Source of the DNA: an uncultured Pseudomonadales bacterium
GTDB lineage: Bacteria; Patescibacteriota; Microgenomatia; UBA1400; MFAQ01
DNA length: 48,072 nucleotides
Assembly: GCA_964528565.1 (NCBI GenBank)
Contig: CAZGSP010000061.1
Span: forward strand, 1-48,072
Reading direction: 5' to 3'
Position 1 is the first letter of the stretch; the number at the start of each line of letters is the position of its first letter. A program made the position numbers and the translations under genes. Under the pieces are notes generated by a model. That model did not search any database, was not told the origin of the DNA, and saw only the letters and a program-made list of their open reading frames with translations. Of the stretch, positions 9,416-19,166 are shown piece by piece.

Positions 9416-10849
9416 ATGAAAATTAACCCATTAATTTTTAGAAATTACGATATCCGGGGAGTAGTTGATGTTGACCTGAATGTGGAGAGCGTAGAAGCCT
9501 TGGGGCGGGCTTACGGGACATTTCTTGTTAGAAGGAAAATAGGTCAGATGGTTTGTGGAAGAGATTGCCGGCTCTCCGGACCGGTATTCCAAAAGGCGTT
9601 TATGAAAGGGGTCGTCAGTACCGGAGTCGACATCATCGATCTGGGTTTGATCATGACACAGATGATGTATTTTGGGCAGTATAAATTTCAGACAAACGGC
9701 GGAGCCATCCTGACCGCTTCACACAATCCAAAGAACTTTAATGGGTTTAAATTGGCTGTTGGGTATTCCCAAACAACCGGCCCGGAGGACGTCCAAGAAC
9801 TGAGAAAATACGTTGACAATGATGAATATTTTATTTCTGCCCGTAAAGGCAAGATCTCGACTGCCGATATCAAAGAAGACTATATCGTAGACCTTTTGAA
9901 AAGAGTCAAGATCGGAAAGAAGTTCAAGGTCGTAGTCGACTCTCATTGTGGCACTACCGGCTTGTATGTTCCGGAAATATTACGAAGAGCCGGCTGTCTT
10001 GTAGTGGAGATGAATGCAGTCGTAGACGGCTCCTTTCCGGCAGGTACTCCGGACCCTACGGACGGCAAGCTGATGGAGGCTCTCGCGACCGTAGTGAAAA
10101 AAAAGAAGGCGGATTTGGGCCTAGCTTTTGACGGAGACGGCGACAGGATCGGATTGGTGGATGAAAAGGGACGCGTCCTTTGGAACGATGTGGCCGTAGC
10201 CATTTTTGCCGAAGAAATATTGGAGAGATTCCCGGGGTCTAAAATCATTTTTAATACTTTGTGTTCCCAAGTAGTGCGTGAAGTGATAAAAATTCACGGC
10301 GGAGTACCGATAGTATGGAAGACCGGTCATGCTTTTATCAAAAGTAAGATCGCCGAGGAGAGAGCCGCCTTCGGGGGTGAACTGTCCGGACATTTTTTCT
10401 TTGCCGATAATGCTTATGGGCATGATGACGGTGCCTATGCGGCCCTGAGGATCTTGGAGTATTTAGCGGAGAAAAAGCTATCTCTTTCTCAGCTGTATGA
10501 GAGTTTCCCCAGCTATATTTCTTCGCCGGAGATAAAGATCGGTTGTCCGGACGATAAGAAGATCGCGGTGGTCAAAGATCTGTCAAAAAGATTTATGGCT
10601 GATTTTCCCAAGGCTCAAATTACCGACGACTCGGTGATTCCGGGAGACGACGGGGTAAGAGCCGATTTCCCCGACGGAATGATGGTCTTCCGCTACTCGC
10701 AGAACGGCCCATACATTACCATCAAGTTTGAAGCAAAAGACCAAAAGGTATTTGACGAAAGAAGGGCTTATGTGAGCGCTATGCTTCATAAATATCCGGA
10801 AATGATATGGGAGGATCAGCTTTGCGTGAATCTTGATTTCCTGGATTAA
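9416..10849 (+). CDS. Phosphomannomutase/phosphoglucomutase paralogue
   Basis: It has TASHNP, FDGDGDR and GGELSGH. It is clearly alignable by eye to the divergently transcribed neighbour. I prefer the ATG at 9416 over the TTG at 9407. Confidence 0.8.
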   Translation: MKINPLIFRNYDIRGVVDVDLNVESVEALGRAYGTFLVRRKIGQMVCGRDCRLSGPVFQKAFMKGVVSTGVDIIDLGLIMTQMMYFGQYKFQTNGGAILTASHNPKNFNGFKLAVGYSQTTGPEDVQELRKYVDNDEYFISARKGKISTADIKEDYIVDLLKRVKIGKKFKVVVDSHCGTTGLYVPEILRRAGCLVVEMNAVVDGSFPAGTPDPTDGKLMEALATVVKKKKADLGLAFDGDGDRIGLVDEKGRVLWNDVAVAIFAEEILERFPGSKIIFNTLCSQVVREVIKIHGGVPIVWKTGHAFIKSKIAEERAAFGGELSGHFFFADNAYGHDDGAYAALRILEYLAEKKLSLSQLYESFPSYISSPEIKIGCPDDKKIAVVKDLSKRFMADFPKAQITDDSVIPGDDGVRADFPDGMMVFRYSQNGPYITIKFEAKDQKVFDERRAYVSAMLHKYPEMIWEDQLCVNLDFLD

Positions 10850-10872
10850 GACCGTTGTTTGATCACAAAAAA

Positions 10873-10894
10873 ACACCTCCTTGTTAGGAGGTGT
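10873..10894. terminator. Bidirectional rho-independent terminator hairpin (ACACCTCC-TTGTTA-GGAGGTGT)
   Basis: An 8-bp perfect stem lies between convergent genes. An A-run precedes it on the plus strand, which is a T-run after the hairpin on the minus strand. Confidence 0.6.
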
Positions 10895-10908
10895 CGTCAA
10901 GAAATTGT

Positions 10909-11586
10909 TCAGGATTCGTAAACCGAATAGCTTCCGTCACGCGTGTCGAGTATGACGAATAGCTTGTTGTATCTGATTGAGTAGATCTCGTATCTTAGTT
11001 CGGTATTTGCTTCGGATAGAAAGAAGCGATACTTATGTTTGGCTTGCGCAAACACCTCGTGGTCATCTGTATAGCCCGTCAGCATTTTTGGATCTTTTCT
11101 TGAGAAAATGTGACGGCTAAAGGTACCATTTGGATATTCCACATAACCTTGGCGAATAGCCTGTATTTTGAGCTCCTCCAGCCGGTTTGCCGCCTCTTTT
11201 TCAGTCTCTTCAGTGGTGGGCGTAGTAGAGAGCGCGACTAATATTAGTGCTACCCAGAGACACACTATGCCACCGATTAAACTGAGGATCGCCCAGACGG
11301 GTATGGTCCCGGGTGTGAAGGTCACTGCTATTAGTTTCCAGGCTACCAAAAAGAATGGTCCGGCCAAACCAAGAACGGTCAGATGGGACAGATCACGGGA
11401 CTTCGGACCATGGGTGAGAGTCAGCCATACGATCAGTACGCCAATTATGGAGAAAAAGAGCGCCGCGGGGACGGTGAGTAATAACAACATTGAACCTGTT
11501 TGACTTGCGACAGTCGTAAGAGCAAGCAAGCCATATGACAAGTAAAGATAGGTCCCCCCAAGAAGAGCGGTGATTACTTTTTGCAT
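10909..11586 (-). CDS. Hypothetical multi-pass membrane protein with a soluble C-terminal domain
   Basis: The N-terminal half has about four hydrophobic helices (e.g. LLLLTVPAALFFSIIGVLIVWL). No family was recognised. Confidence 0.5.
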   Translation of the reverse strand: MQKVITALLGGTYLYLSYGLLALTTVASQTGSMLLLLTVPAALFFSIIGVLIVWLTLTHGPKSRDLSHLTVLGLAGPFFLVAWKLIAVTFTPGTIPVWAILSLIGGIVCLWVALILVALSTTPTTEETEKEAANRLEELKIQAIRQGYVEYPNGTFSRHIFSRKDPKMLTGYTDDHEVFAQAKHKYRFFLSEANTELRYEIYSIRYNKLFVILDTRDGSYSVYES

Positions 11587-11670
11587 TTTACCTCCGATGT
11601 CAATTTGATGGGATGGGATATTATATAGGTCTTTCTATTTAAAGTCAAATGGGCCGGATTAGGCACAAAA

Positions 11671-11690
11671 ACACCCTCGGGTGAGGGTGT
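11671..11690 (-). terminator. Rho-independent terminator of pncB
   Basis: The minus strand reads ACACCCTC-ACCC-GAGGGTGT followed by TTTTTG, immediately after the pncB stop. Confidence 0.65.
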
Positions 11691-11698
11691 ATCGAAAG

Positions 11699-12937
11699 TT
11701 AGAAGTGATAAAGGAAGGGATGTCGGCTTTTGATCTCCATGATCTGGGCGATGACCTCAGGGTCACCGACGTTCTTACCGGCCGAGTCGGGCACCTTGGC
11801 CACTTTGGTCCACTCTTCACCTTGCTTGAACGGATCAAAAGCCCAGGGCTTGACCACCATGTTGAGCGGAGTGTAGGCAGGGGTCTTTTTAAAGTAGTCT
11901 TTGTTGTTGGTCCAGAAGCCGCCGATTCCATAAGCTGTCGGAAACCACCGGGTGACAACTTTTTCGATCGCTTTTGCCCCGGAAATGGAAAGTGAGTCGG
12001 TGAACATAAGCGTCACGGTCGCGGGATCGATGTCGTTTGTCGGATATTTTAAGAAGTGGAGAACGTCGGTAGCGAAGGTGATCGGATCCCCGCTATCGTG
12101 CCGATAACTTTTGATCAACCTGGCCATACCTGGGGTGAGGGTGGCGAAGAAGAAATCGGATCCCCATGTGTCCGGCAATGCAGTGCCCAGATTGTCGCCG
12201 TAGATAGCTCTCCAAGCGATCGAGGCGGCCATATTGGCATTTTCAACGCCGTACAAAGCACCATGGAATAGATACCATAAGTGGGCGACGGTCCCTTTTG
12301 GTGAGAGACCGGACATTCTGGCGTGATACGGAGAACTACTCCCGACATACGACTCCCCGCCATACTTAATCAGATTCTCCGTGACGATGTCTTGTATCCA
12401 GCTATAGGCGCGTCGACGGAGACCGAACTCGGATACCTTAAGTCCGGCGGCCCGCATTTCCCAGATATTTTTGAGTAGTTCATCGATCCAGTTATCATCG
12501 GGATAGTAACCCAGCTCCTCGTTCCTGGTCTGTGAAGTGACAGCCATGAAGATTTGTTCATCGAACATAATATCCGACCAGGGCCCGATAATTTTTCCGA
12601 ACAGATGACCCTCTTCGTCCTGCCAGACCTTGATGTATTCGGGAACAAAGCGGTATTTTTCCAGCCATTCGAAGAAATCGTTGGCCAGAAAGCCCCATTT
12701 TTCCCGGAGAAATTTCTGCAGACCCGGGTCAGAGCTCAGGGAGCGAAGATCCTGAAATTTTTCGGTCAAGAGACCGGCAAACCCCTTTGGATAGATCGCG
12801 TAATTACGGTCGACCACTTCATACCACGCCCAAGCACCAGGATATAGCTGAATGGCAGCATTGATCATGGAACAGTTGTAAACATCTGTTTCCAATACAT
12901 CACGAATGATATCGCTTCCGGAACTTCTGTGAGCCAT
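11699..12937 (-). CDS. pncB: Nicotinate phosphoribosyltransferase-like protein
   Basis: It has an N-terminal LETDVYNCSM (compare the TDxYKxTM of PncB) and EFGLRRR (compare DFGTRRR). The length is about 410 aa. Confidence 0.65.
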   Translation of the reverse strand: MAHRSSGSDIIRDVLETDVYNCSMINAAIQLYPGAWAWYEVVDRNYAIYPKGFAGLLTEKFQDLRSLSSDPGLQKFLREKWGFLANDFFEWLEKYRFVPEYIKVWQDEEGHLFGKIIGPWSDIMFDEQIFMAVTSQTRNEELGYYPDDNWIDELLKNIWEMRAAGLKVSEFGLRRRAYSWIQDIVTENLIKYGGESYVGSSSPYHARMSGLSPKGTVAHLWYLFHGALYGVENANMAASIAWRAIYGDNLGTALPDTWGSDFFFATLTPGMARLIKSYRHDSGDPITFATDVLHFLKYPTNDIDPATVTLMFTDSLSISGAKAIEKVVTRWFPTAYGIGGFWTNNKDYFKKTPAYTPLNMVVKPWAFDPFKQGEEWTKVAKVPDSAGKNVGDPEVIAQIMEIKSRHPFLYHF

Positions 12938-13034
12938 GCTTACCTCCGATTATTTTCGGCTTTAGCCGTTTTTAGAGTACGCTAAATTTCTACAGGATAT
13001 TATAGCGCATAGTGTAATAGTTACAAGATCTATC

Positions 13035-15500
13035 TCAGGTCCGTGCCCGATAAGCCATGAAGAGCTTAACGAATTCTACCCAGAGGATGGTAATGGCCGA
13101 AGCTATAAATGGATAAAGCCAGTGACCCAAACTCAGAGCTTCGACGCCGAGGATCTTATTTATGAAAGGGTGATATATACCAAGAAAGAGTAAAGTAAAA
13201 CCATAGACGACCGCGGCCAGGAGATATTTATTGTCCAGAAAGTTTATTTTTAAGATCGACCTCCTCAAATCTTTGTATGAAAAGATGTAGGTTAGGTCAA
13301 TTACCCCAATCACGGCAAAGGCAATGGATTGAGCAGACATTAGATTGTGACCGTTGAAGACGTGGACGAAGGCCAGAAGGGCGGTGAGGCCGGCAGTCAA
13401 ACTGATGGCGATTATCAAAAAGATCATGGGAAAATCCAAGATGCTTTCCTTAATGAGTTTTCTTGGCTTCTCATTCATAATTCCGTTTTCTTTCGGCTCA
13501 AAACCCAAGACGATATCCGGAGGCCCGTCGCAGATCAGATGGACAAATAAGATCTGAACAACGGTGAGCGGCAGCGGAACGTTTAACATTAGCGCCCCCA
13601 TGATCAAAACGATCTCGGCAAAAGAGTTTGAAAGCACATAGGCAACAACTTTTTTTATGTTGGCAAAAATAATTCGTCCTTCCTCGATGGCCGAGACGAT
13701 GGTTTTGAAGTCGTTGTCCAGAAGAATGATGTCAGAGGCCGCTTTGGCGACATCGGTGGCCGAGCCGACGGCAATTCCAATGTCGGATTTTTTTAGGGCG
13801 GGAGCGTCGTTCACCCCATCACCGGTCATGGCCACTACTTCTCCATTTGCCTGCAAAGCTTGAATGATTTTTAACTTTTGGATTGGAGCTACCCTGGCAA
13901 TCAGGGAAATACTTTTGATTTTTTGTCTTAGTTCGGCCGGTGATAATTTTTCCAGATCTTTACCCTCAAGCGACGAACCTTCCGAGACTTCCAAACCGAT
14001 CTCTTTAGCTACCCTGAGAGCTGTTTGCAGATGATCTCCGGTGATTATCTTAATGTCGATACCGGCCGCCCTGGCTCGAGAAATTGATTCCGATACCGTT
14101 TTCCTAACCGGATCTTTGATCCCGATCAATCCGGACCAGATAAAATCCGAGTTACTGTTTATATGAGAACCGTATCTTTTACACAAACCGACAACTCTAA
14201 GGCCCGATCTGGCCAAGTTCTCAAAATCCAGCAAGATGCCTGATTTTTGTTTTTTGGTCAGCCGGCAGAAATTGAGAATAATTTCCGGAGCTCCAATGAT
14301 GTGGGTATTGGTCTTGCCCGCAACTCTGGCGACAACCTTGGCGAATTTTTTATCACTGGCGAAGGCCTCTTCGTGGAGAATTTCGGCTTTATCAAGATAA
14401 TTTTGAGGATCATAGCCAAGCTCCTTTTTTAAATATTTCCAAATAGCGGTTTCCAGACTGGTTCTCTGAGTGTTTAAAAGAATTAACCCCCTGATGGCTT
14501 CCTTGTGGTTCTTAAAGTTCGTAGTAACTACTTTCATAACCCCTTCGGTAAGCGTACCTGTTTTATCGGTACAAATGACGGAGGTGGCACCCAGAGTCTC
14601 AATGGAGAGAAGTTTTTTAACCAAACCTCCCTTTTTTAATATTCTTCGAACCCCTATTGAAAGAATGACCGTAACGGCTATAGGAAGACCTTCGGGAATA
14701 GCGGCGACAGACAGAATGATGGAGTAACGCAACATGTTCCAAAGATCTTGTTTGTAAGCGAGACCAATGAGAAAAATCATTGTGGTTACCACGATGATAA
14801 TTAAAACAAGGGATTTGGAGAATGACTCAAGTTTTATCTGTAGAGGGGTGGGGGTGTCTACAATTTTGGTGAGACTCTTACCTATTTTTCCAATTTCTGT
14901 TTTTACTCCAGTATTTTCAACCAGCATCGTGCCTCTTCCGGCTACGACAGTGGTACCCATAAAGAGCCGACTGTTTTTGAGGTTGACCGATTTTTCGGAA
15001 GGCTCTTCTTCGCCGGTTAGAATTGCTTCATTGACCAGAATGTCGGTACCGTCGATCAGACGCCCATCTGCGGGGAGACTGTCACCCGAACCAAACAGAA
15101 CGATATCTCCGGGAACAATTGCCGACGCTTCAATGATTTGTCTGGCTCCATCCCGCATGACCGTGACGGTGGGTTTGATAATTTTTTTAAGAGCCAGCAG
15201 GGTTTTTTGGGCACTGTATTCCTGAAAAAAGCCCATGAGGACGTTTAGGATGATCACAGCGAATATCAGTATGGTGTCGAGGTACTCTTTAAAGAAGAGG
15301 GATATTAGGATGACTCCGAGGAGGATATAGATGAGGGGGCTTTTGAGCTGGGAGAGAAGAATCGACAAAACTCCGTAAGGCTTTTCTTCGGGAAGGGTGT
15401 TGGAACCATACTCTTTTTGCAGAGAAGGAATATCCGATGAATCCAGACCGGTATATTTCATAGTTATGTTTCTTACATAACTATACCTATTTTTCGCCAT
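13035..15500 (-). CDS. Cation-transporting P-type ATPase (P2-like)
   Basis: It has LTGEEEP (TGE), CTDKTGTLT (phosphorylation site), MTGDGVNDAPALKKSD and multiple TM helices. An alternative start is the ATG at 15461. Confidence 0.9.
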   Translation of the reverse strand: MAKNRYSYVRNITMKYTGLDSSDIPSLQKEYGSNTLPEEKPYGVLSILLSQLKSPLIYILLGVILISLFFKEYLDTILIFAVIILNVLMGFFQEYSAQKTLLALKKIIKPTVTVMRDGARQIIEASAIVPGDIVLFGSGDSLPADGRLIDGTDILVNEAILTGEEEPSEKSVNLKNSRLFMGTTVVAGRGTMLVENTGVKTEIGKIGKSLTKIVDTPTPLQIKLESFSKSLVLIIIVVTTMIFLIGLAYKQDLWNMLRYSIILSVAAIPEGLPIAVTVILSIGVRRILKKGGLVKKLLSIETLGATSVICTDKTGTLTEGVMKVVTTNFKNHKEAIRGLILLNTQRTSLETAIWKYLKKELGYDPQNYLDKAEILHEEAFASDKKFAKVVARVAGKTNTHIIGAPEIILNFCRLTKKQKSGILLDFENLARSGLRVVGLCKRYGSHINSNSDFIWSGLIGIKDPVRKTVSESISRARAAGIDIKIITGDHLQTALRVAKEIGLEVSEGSSLEGKDLEKLSPAELRQKIKSISLIARVAPIQKLKIIQALQANGEVVAMTGDGVNDAPALKKSDIGIAVGSATDVAKAASDIILLDNDFKTIVSAIEEGRIIFANIKKVVAYVLSNSFAEIVLIMGALMLNVPLPLTVVQILFVHLICDGPPDIVLGFEPKENGIMNEKPRKLIKESILDFPMIFLIIAISLTAGLTALLAFVHVFNGHNLMSAQSIAFAVIGVIDLTYIFSYKDLRRSILKINFLDNKYLLAAVVYGFTLLFLGIYHPFINKILGVEALSLGHWLYPFIASAITILWVEFVKLFMAYRART

Positions 15501-16691
15501 TTATTCTACAAAGGTCAGAGCCGTTCCCTGTTTTCCCGCTCTTCCGGTACGTCCAATGCGGTGAGTGTAGTCGTCGAAAGTCGCCGGTTCGTCGTAGTTG
15601 ATGACGTGAGAAATATCCTTGACATCAATACCTCTGGCCGCCACATCGGTGGCGATCAGGATACTTATTTGATTTGACTTGAATTTTCTCAGCACATTTT
15701 CCCTTTGATTTTGTCTCTTGTCACCGTGGATAGCGTCGGCAGGGAAACCGGATTTTTGTAGAGCAATAGAGATCTTTTCGACTCCATGCTTGGTCCGGCC
15801 AAAGATCAGCACCTTTTTGAACTCTTCTTTTCTGAGAAGATCGGTCAGCACTTCCATCTTGTTTCCGTGGGTACGGATCATGTTCTGCTCGACGTTGTGT
15901 GAGGTGGCACCGTTTTTGACCGAGATCTTTAACGGATTCGTGAGGAATCTTCTGGCGATATCTTCGACTTTTGGGTCGAGGGTAGCCGAGAAGAGTAAGG
16001 TCTGTCTTTCTTTGGGTAGAAAGGACAGTAGTTCCGTGATCTCTTTGATAAAGCCCATGTCCAGCATACGATCTACTTCATCCAAGACCACTGTTTTGGT
16101 AGCTTGAAGATTTAGAGCCCGACGGTTGTACAGATCCCTGAGTCTACCGGGAGTTCCAATGTAGATGTGCGGGCGGCGTCTGAGATCTTCCAGTTGACGG
16201 CGGATATCGGATCCACCGATGAGCACACACGAGTAAATGGGTAAATTGGTGGCCAGGTTTCGAATTTCGTCACGAATCTGGACGGCCAGTTCCCGGGTAG
16301 GAGCTACGATTAAACAGGTTTCATTGGGATTTGCCAGTAGTTTTTGAATGATGGGCAGAGCAAAGGTGGCGGTTTTACCGGTACCGGTGTCGGCCAAGCC
16401 AATGATGTCCTTTCCGGCCAGGGCGTGTTCCAGTGCCTGATCTTGGATCTGAGTAGGGGTGATCATACCTTTGTTCGCTAAATTGGTATGAACCTGAGGG
16501 TGTAGGTCAAAGTCGGAGAAAGCGTGGGTGATAACAGCCTCAGCCTCGGTTTCCGGGGTGGCGGCACAAACAAAGAATCTCGGGTCAAGAGACTTGGGCA
16601 TAAAACGATTGGGTCTTCGGAAATTACTTCCCGAAGGGCGGAAACCACGATTAGCGGGCCTCCGGCCATAGGACGGACGTGAATTAAACAT
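15501..16691 (-). CDS. DEAD-box ATP-dependent RNA helicase with an Arg/Gly-rich N-terminal tail
   Basis: It has a Q-motif region, ADTGTGKT, DEVD, SAT and HRIGRTGRAG. The N-terminus is MFNSRPSYGRRPANRGFRPSGSNFRRPNRF. Confidence 0.9.
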   Translation of the reverse strand: MFNSRPSYGRRPANRGFRPSGSNFRRPNRFMPKSLDPRFFVCAATPETEAEAVITHAFSDFDLHPQVHTNLANKGMITPTQIQDQALEHALAGKDIIGLADTGTGKTATFALPIIQKLLANPNETCLIVAPTRELAVQIRDEIRNLATNLPIYSCVLIGGSDIRRQLEDLRRRPHIYIGTPGRLRDLYNRRALNLQATKTVVLDEVDRMLDMGFIKEITELLSFLPKERQTLLFSATLDPKVEDIARRFLTNPLKISVKNGATSHNVEQNMIRTHGNKMEVLTDLLRKEEFKKVLIFGRTKHGVEKISIALQKSGFPADAIHGDKRQNQRENVLRKFKSNQISILIATDVAARGIDVKDISHVINYDEPATFDDYTHRIGRTGRAGKQGTALTFVE

Positions 16692-16795
16692 ATTTTGTGG
16701 GGATTTCCCCGATTGTCCTCCGGATAATAAAGCTAGACAATCGAGAGTGAGTCTACCTCAGAGCTAACAGCTCTACCTAAGAACAATTATGGGTT

Positions 16796-16804
16796 ATTAT
16801 AGCA
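16796..16804 (-). promoter_or_regulatory. Extended -10 promoter element (TGCTATAAT) for the DEAD-box helicase gene
   Basis: The minus strand reads GTGCTATAATAACCC about 100 nt upstream of the start codon at 16691, directly downstream of the preceding terminator. Confidence 0.45.
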
Positions 16805-16810
16805 CAAAAA

Positions 16811-16831
16811 TCCCCCGTTTATCACGGGGGA
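16811..16831 (-). terminator. Rho-independent terminator
   Basis: The minus strand reads TCCCCCG-TGATAAA-CGGGGGA followed by TTTTTGTG, 13 nt after the stop of the 135-aa ORF. Confidence 0.7.
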
Positions 16832-16843
16832 AAAGGTATGCGC

Positions 16844-17251
16844 CTATTCAGGCTCAGGGGGAGGATTGGGAATATCGAGCCCTTTGAACTTGATGGTGGG
16901 GTCGACATGATCGAGTTCGAGCTCAGCGAGAAGCTCGGCTTCTTCGGCTTCCATTTCCCTTCGCCGCTCGGAAGCTTCTTTTTCCATTTGTTTGGCTTCT
17001 TCTGAGATCTCAAAACGATCAAAGTGCCTGCCCGTGCGAATGAAGTCGCTGACGTTTAAGCAGGAGATCGCCGTACCATCAATGCAAAGAGCAGAGAAAC
17101 CGGCCAAGATCCAGACAATGGTGGTGGTCTCCTGCGCTACCGCCGGATATCCCTCACCTTTGAGGATAATGATTTCGTCCCCCGGCCTCAGTTCACTGAT
17201 ACGGACACCTAAGTTAGTGGGAAAGTACATTCCTCCACAACCCATACACAT
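16844..17251 (-). CDS. Hypothetical protein with an acidic coiled C-terminal region
   Basis: The 135-aa ORF has its own terminator. The C-terminal part reads EEAKQMEKEASERRREMEAEEAELLAELE. No family was recognised. Confidence 0.45.
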   Translation of the reverse strand: MCMGCGGMYFPTNLGVRISELRPGDEIIILKGEGYPAVAQETTTIVWILAGFSALCIDGTAISCLNVSDFIRTGRHFDRFEISEEAKQMEKEASERRREMEAEEAELLAELELDHVDPTIKFKGLDIPNPPPEPE

Positions 17252-17290
17252 AGTGAGCCTCCTTTTGAAAGTTCTTACGGGTAGATTGTA

Positions 17291-17974
17291 CTAGACTTTA
17301 AGAAAAAATTGTAGGAGAAGCTGTTCCAGAGGTAAAGACGATGATCCGGTTTTAATTTTTTTGTCGATTTCGTATAGTGTTTGGTGTAAGTCCAGAAGAT
17401 GAGATAAATCAAAAGAGGTGGCTTGAGCCGTAATCAATTTTTTGGGGTAAGGAGACAACTTCAGATACGACGGTCCGGACTTGGCTTGGATCAGGAGTCT
17501 CACTTGTCTAACCAACATGGCAAAGATATACTCCGGTTCGTGATCCAGGACCAGAAGTCGGTTCCAGCCCGTAAGTAAAGTCTTGGTATTCCCGGGACGG
17601 AGCAGGTCTAAAAATTTAAATATGACCGGGTTGATATTAAAACTTTCGATTTTGGCTTTGGCAAATGGCTTAAGAGCCGTGTCGGAGATCTTTTTGGTCT
17701 CGAAAAGAACAATTTCCGTGTTTTGGGATTGAGAAAGGATATCGAGAAAGACATCTTTTTGTTTGACTTTGTTTCCGGTAAGAAGATTTTTGATTACCAG
17801 GCATTTACTATTGCCAAACAAGTTGGTCGACTCGGATTCTTGTCTTAAGGTAGTCGGATTCAACTCGGTAGCCTCATTTATGACGACCTCGACTTGACTG
17901 TTCTTGAAAGAGTCAACAATCTCGGAGAGTCTCTTGTATGAAGATGCGGTATCCTCGCCATGAATAATTAACAT
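17291..17974 (-). CDS. holA: DNA polymerase III delta subunit-like protein (short form)
   Basis: The pattern fits HolA: N-terminal IHGED...LF...KCLVIKN, and a C-terminal helical region FAMLVRQVRLLIQAK ... LYEIDKKIKTG. At 227 aa it is shorter than E. coli HolA. Confidence 0.55.
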   Translation of the reverse strand: MLIIHGEDTASSYKRLSEIVDSFKNSQVEVVINEATELNPTTLRQESESTNLFGNSKCLVIKNLLTGNKVKQKDVFLDILSQSQNTEIVLFETKKISDTALKPFAKAKIESFNINPVIFKFLDLLRPGNTKTLLTGWNRLLVLDHEPEYIFAMLVRQVRLLIQAKSGPSYLKLSPYPKKLITAQATSFDLSHLLDLHQTLYEIDKKIKTGSSSLPLEQLLLQFFLKV

Positions 17975-17979
17975 TTAGT

Positions 17980-19113
17980 CTATATTGCTCCAAATAATGA
18001 TTTTAGGTTATTGTAGAACGTTTTGAGGTCCGAGTAAGGATCCGCATCCCTGGTAATCGGTTCGGATTTGGTAATGATCGGCGGCTCTTTAGCCAACTCG
18101 GGTGAGGTTTCGGTGGTAGGGAGAATCGGCAAGCCCATCCGGGCCAGCACCGAGAAAGTACCGGAAAACTCCTTCTTCTCCTGGCTTTGATTCAGGAAGG
18201 AAAACTGTTTGAATGGTCCTTCCTGGGCGTTTAATAAAAATGGGGTGACGGCGACAATGTTCGGGTCGGACCACACCTTAGAAAAGGCATACTGGTAATA
18301 GTAAGCGACCTGACTGTCACTTAGATTTCTGTTTGACCAGCCGGTTTCGGTGATAAATACCGGTAGTTTTTTTGCGGTGTACCGGGCCAATTGCCGAAGA
18401 TCATAACGGAACGAATCGATCTTGTTGCTTCCGGAAAGGTTCGGTCGGACAGAAAAATCGGGATTGGGATAAGCGTGCGAGGTCCAACCGTCGATCTTGT
18501 TGAAGATATCCGGTTGCCTCCGGTACATACGATAGAGAAAAGTGCTCCACGATATGGCGCCATTCCTAGTAATGGCCGCGTTGTCCAGGCCTGCCGGTAA
18601 GATAAAAAAGTCGGCGGATCTTTCTTTAAAAATATCCACCGCGTTATTTAGGATATCGGCGTATCTTTCCGGATTGGCAGACCCACCGTATTCATCGGGA
18701 CGGTTTACTTCGTTGAAGATGATGATGTAGCGGTTTTGAGTCGGCCATTTAAGATCGTTTAGAAAGTTGGCAAAATCGATCAAATCAAAACTGTTTGGCT
18801 CTACCCAGTTTGAACCTTCGGGAACGGTGGCGACGCGAATTAGGGGAATAACCCTTTCGATAACACATTGATTAAAGAAGTCCTGCCATTTTTTCCGGTC
18901 TCTATCGGTAGCTTGAATGGGAATGGTCACGTATCCCCAGGAAGCTTTTTCGGAGTTATTTATTATTTCCGCCGCCGTATGAAGCTCCGAGGGAAAGAGG
19001 ATGTGGATCCCGATCTTGTTGTTGGGGACGGACAGAGGATCGTAGATAGCCCGAACCGTCGACGGAGCCGAGAGAAATAGAAAAATACCGATGACAAACA
19101 ATAAAATGCGCAC
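17980..19113 (-). CDS. Secreted glycoside-hydrolase-like TIM-barrel protein (clan GH-A signature)
   Basis: It has a signal peptide (MRILLFVIGIFLFLSAPSTVRA). It also has IIIFNEVN (acid/base Glu context) and VFITETGWS (nucleophile Glu context), which are typical of clan GH-A enzymes. Confidence 0.5.
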   Translation of the reverse strand: MRILLFVIGIFLFLSAPSTVRAIYDPLSVPNNKIGIHILFPSELHTAAEIINNSEKASWGYVTIPIQATDRDRKKWQDFFNQCVIERVIPLIRVATVPEGSNWVEPNSFDLIDFANFLNDLKWPTQNRYIIIFNEVNRPDEYGGSANPERYADILNNAVDIFKERSADFFILPAGLDNAAITRNGAISWSTFLYRMYRRQPDIFNKIDGWTSHAYPNPDFSVRPNLSGSNKIDSFRYDLRQLARYTAKKLPVFITETGWSNRNLSDSQVAYYYQYAFSKVWSDPNIVAVTPFLLNAQEGPFKQFSFLNQSQEKKEFSGTFSVLARMGLPILPTTETSPELAKEPPIITKSEPITRDADPYSDLKTFYNNLKSLFGAI

Positions 19114-19166
19114 AATGAATTATACCAAGCTCATAATGACAAAGTAATTATGAGCGATGCAAGCTC

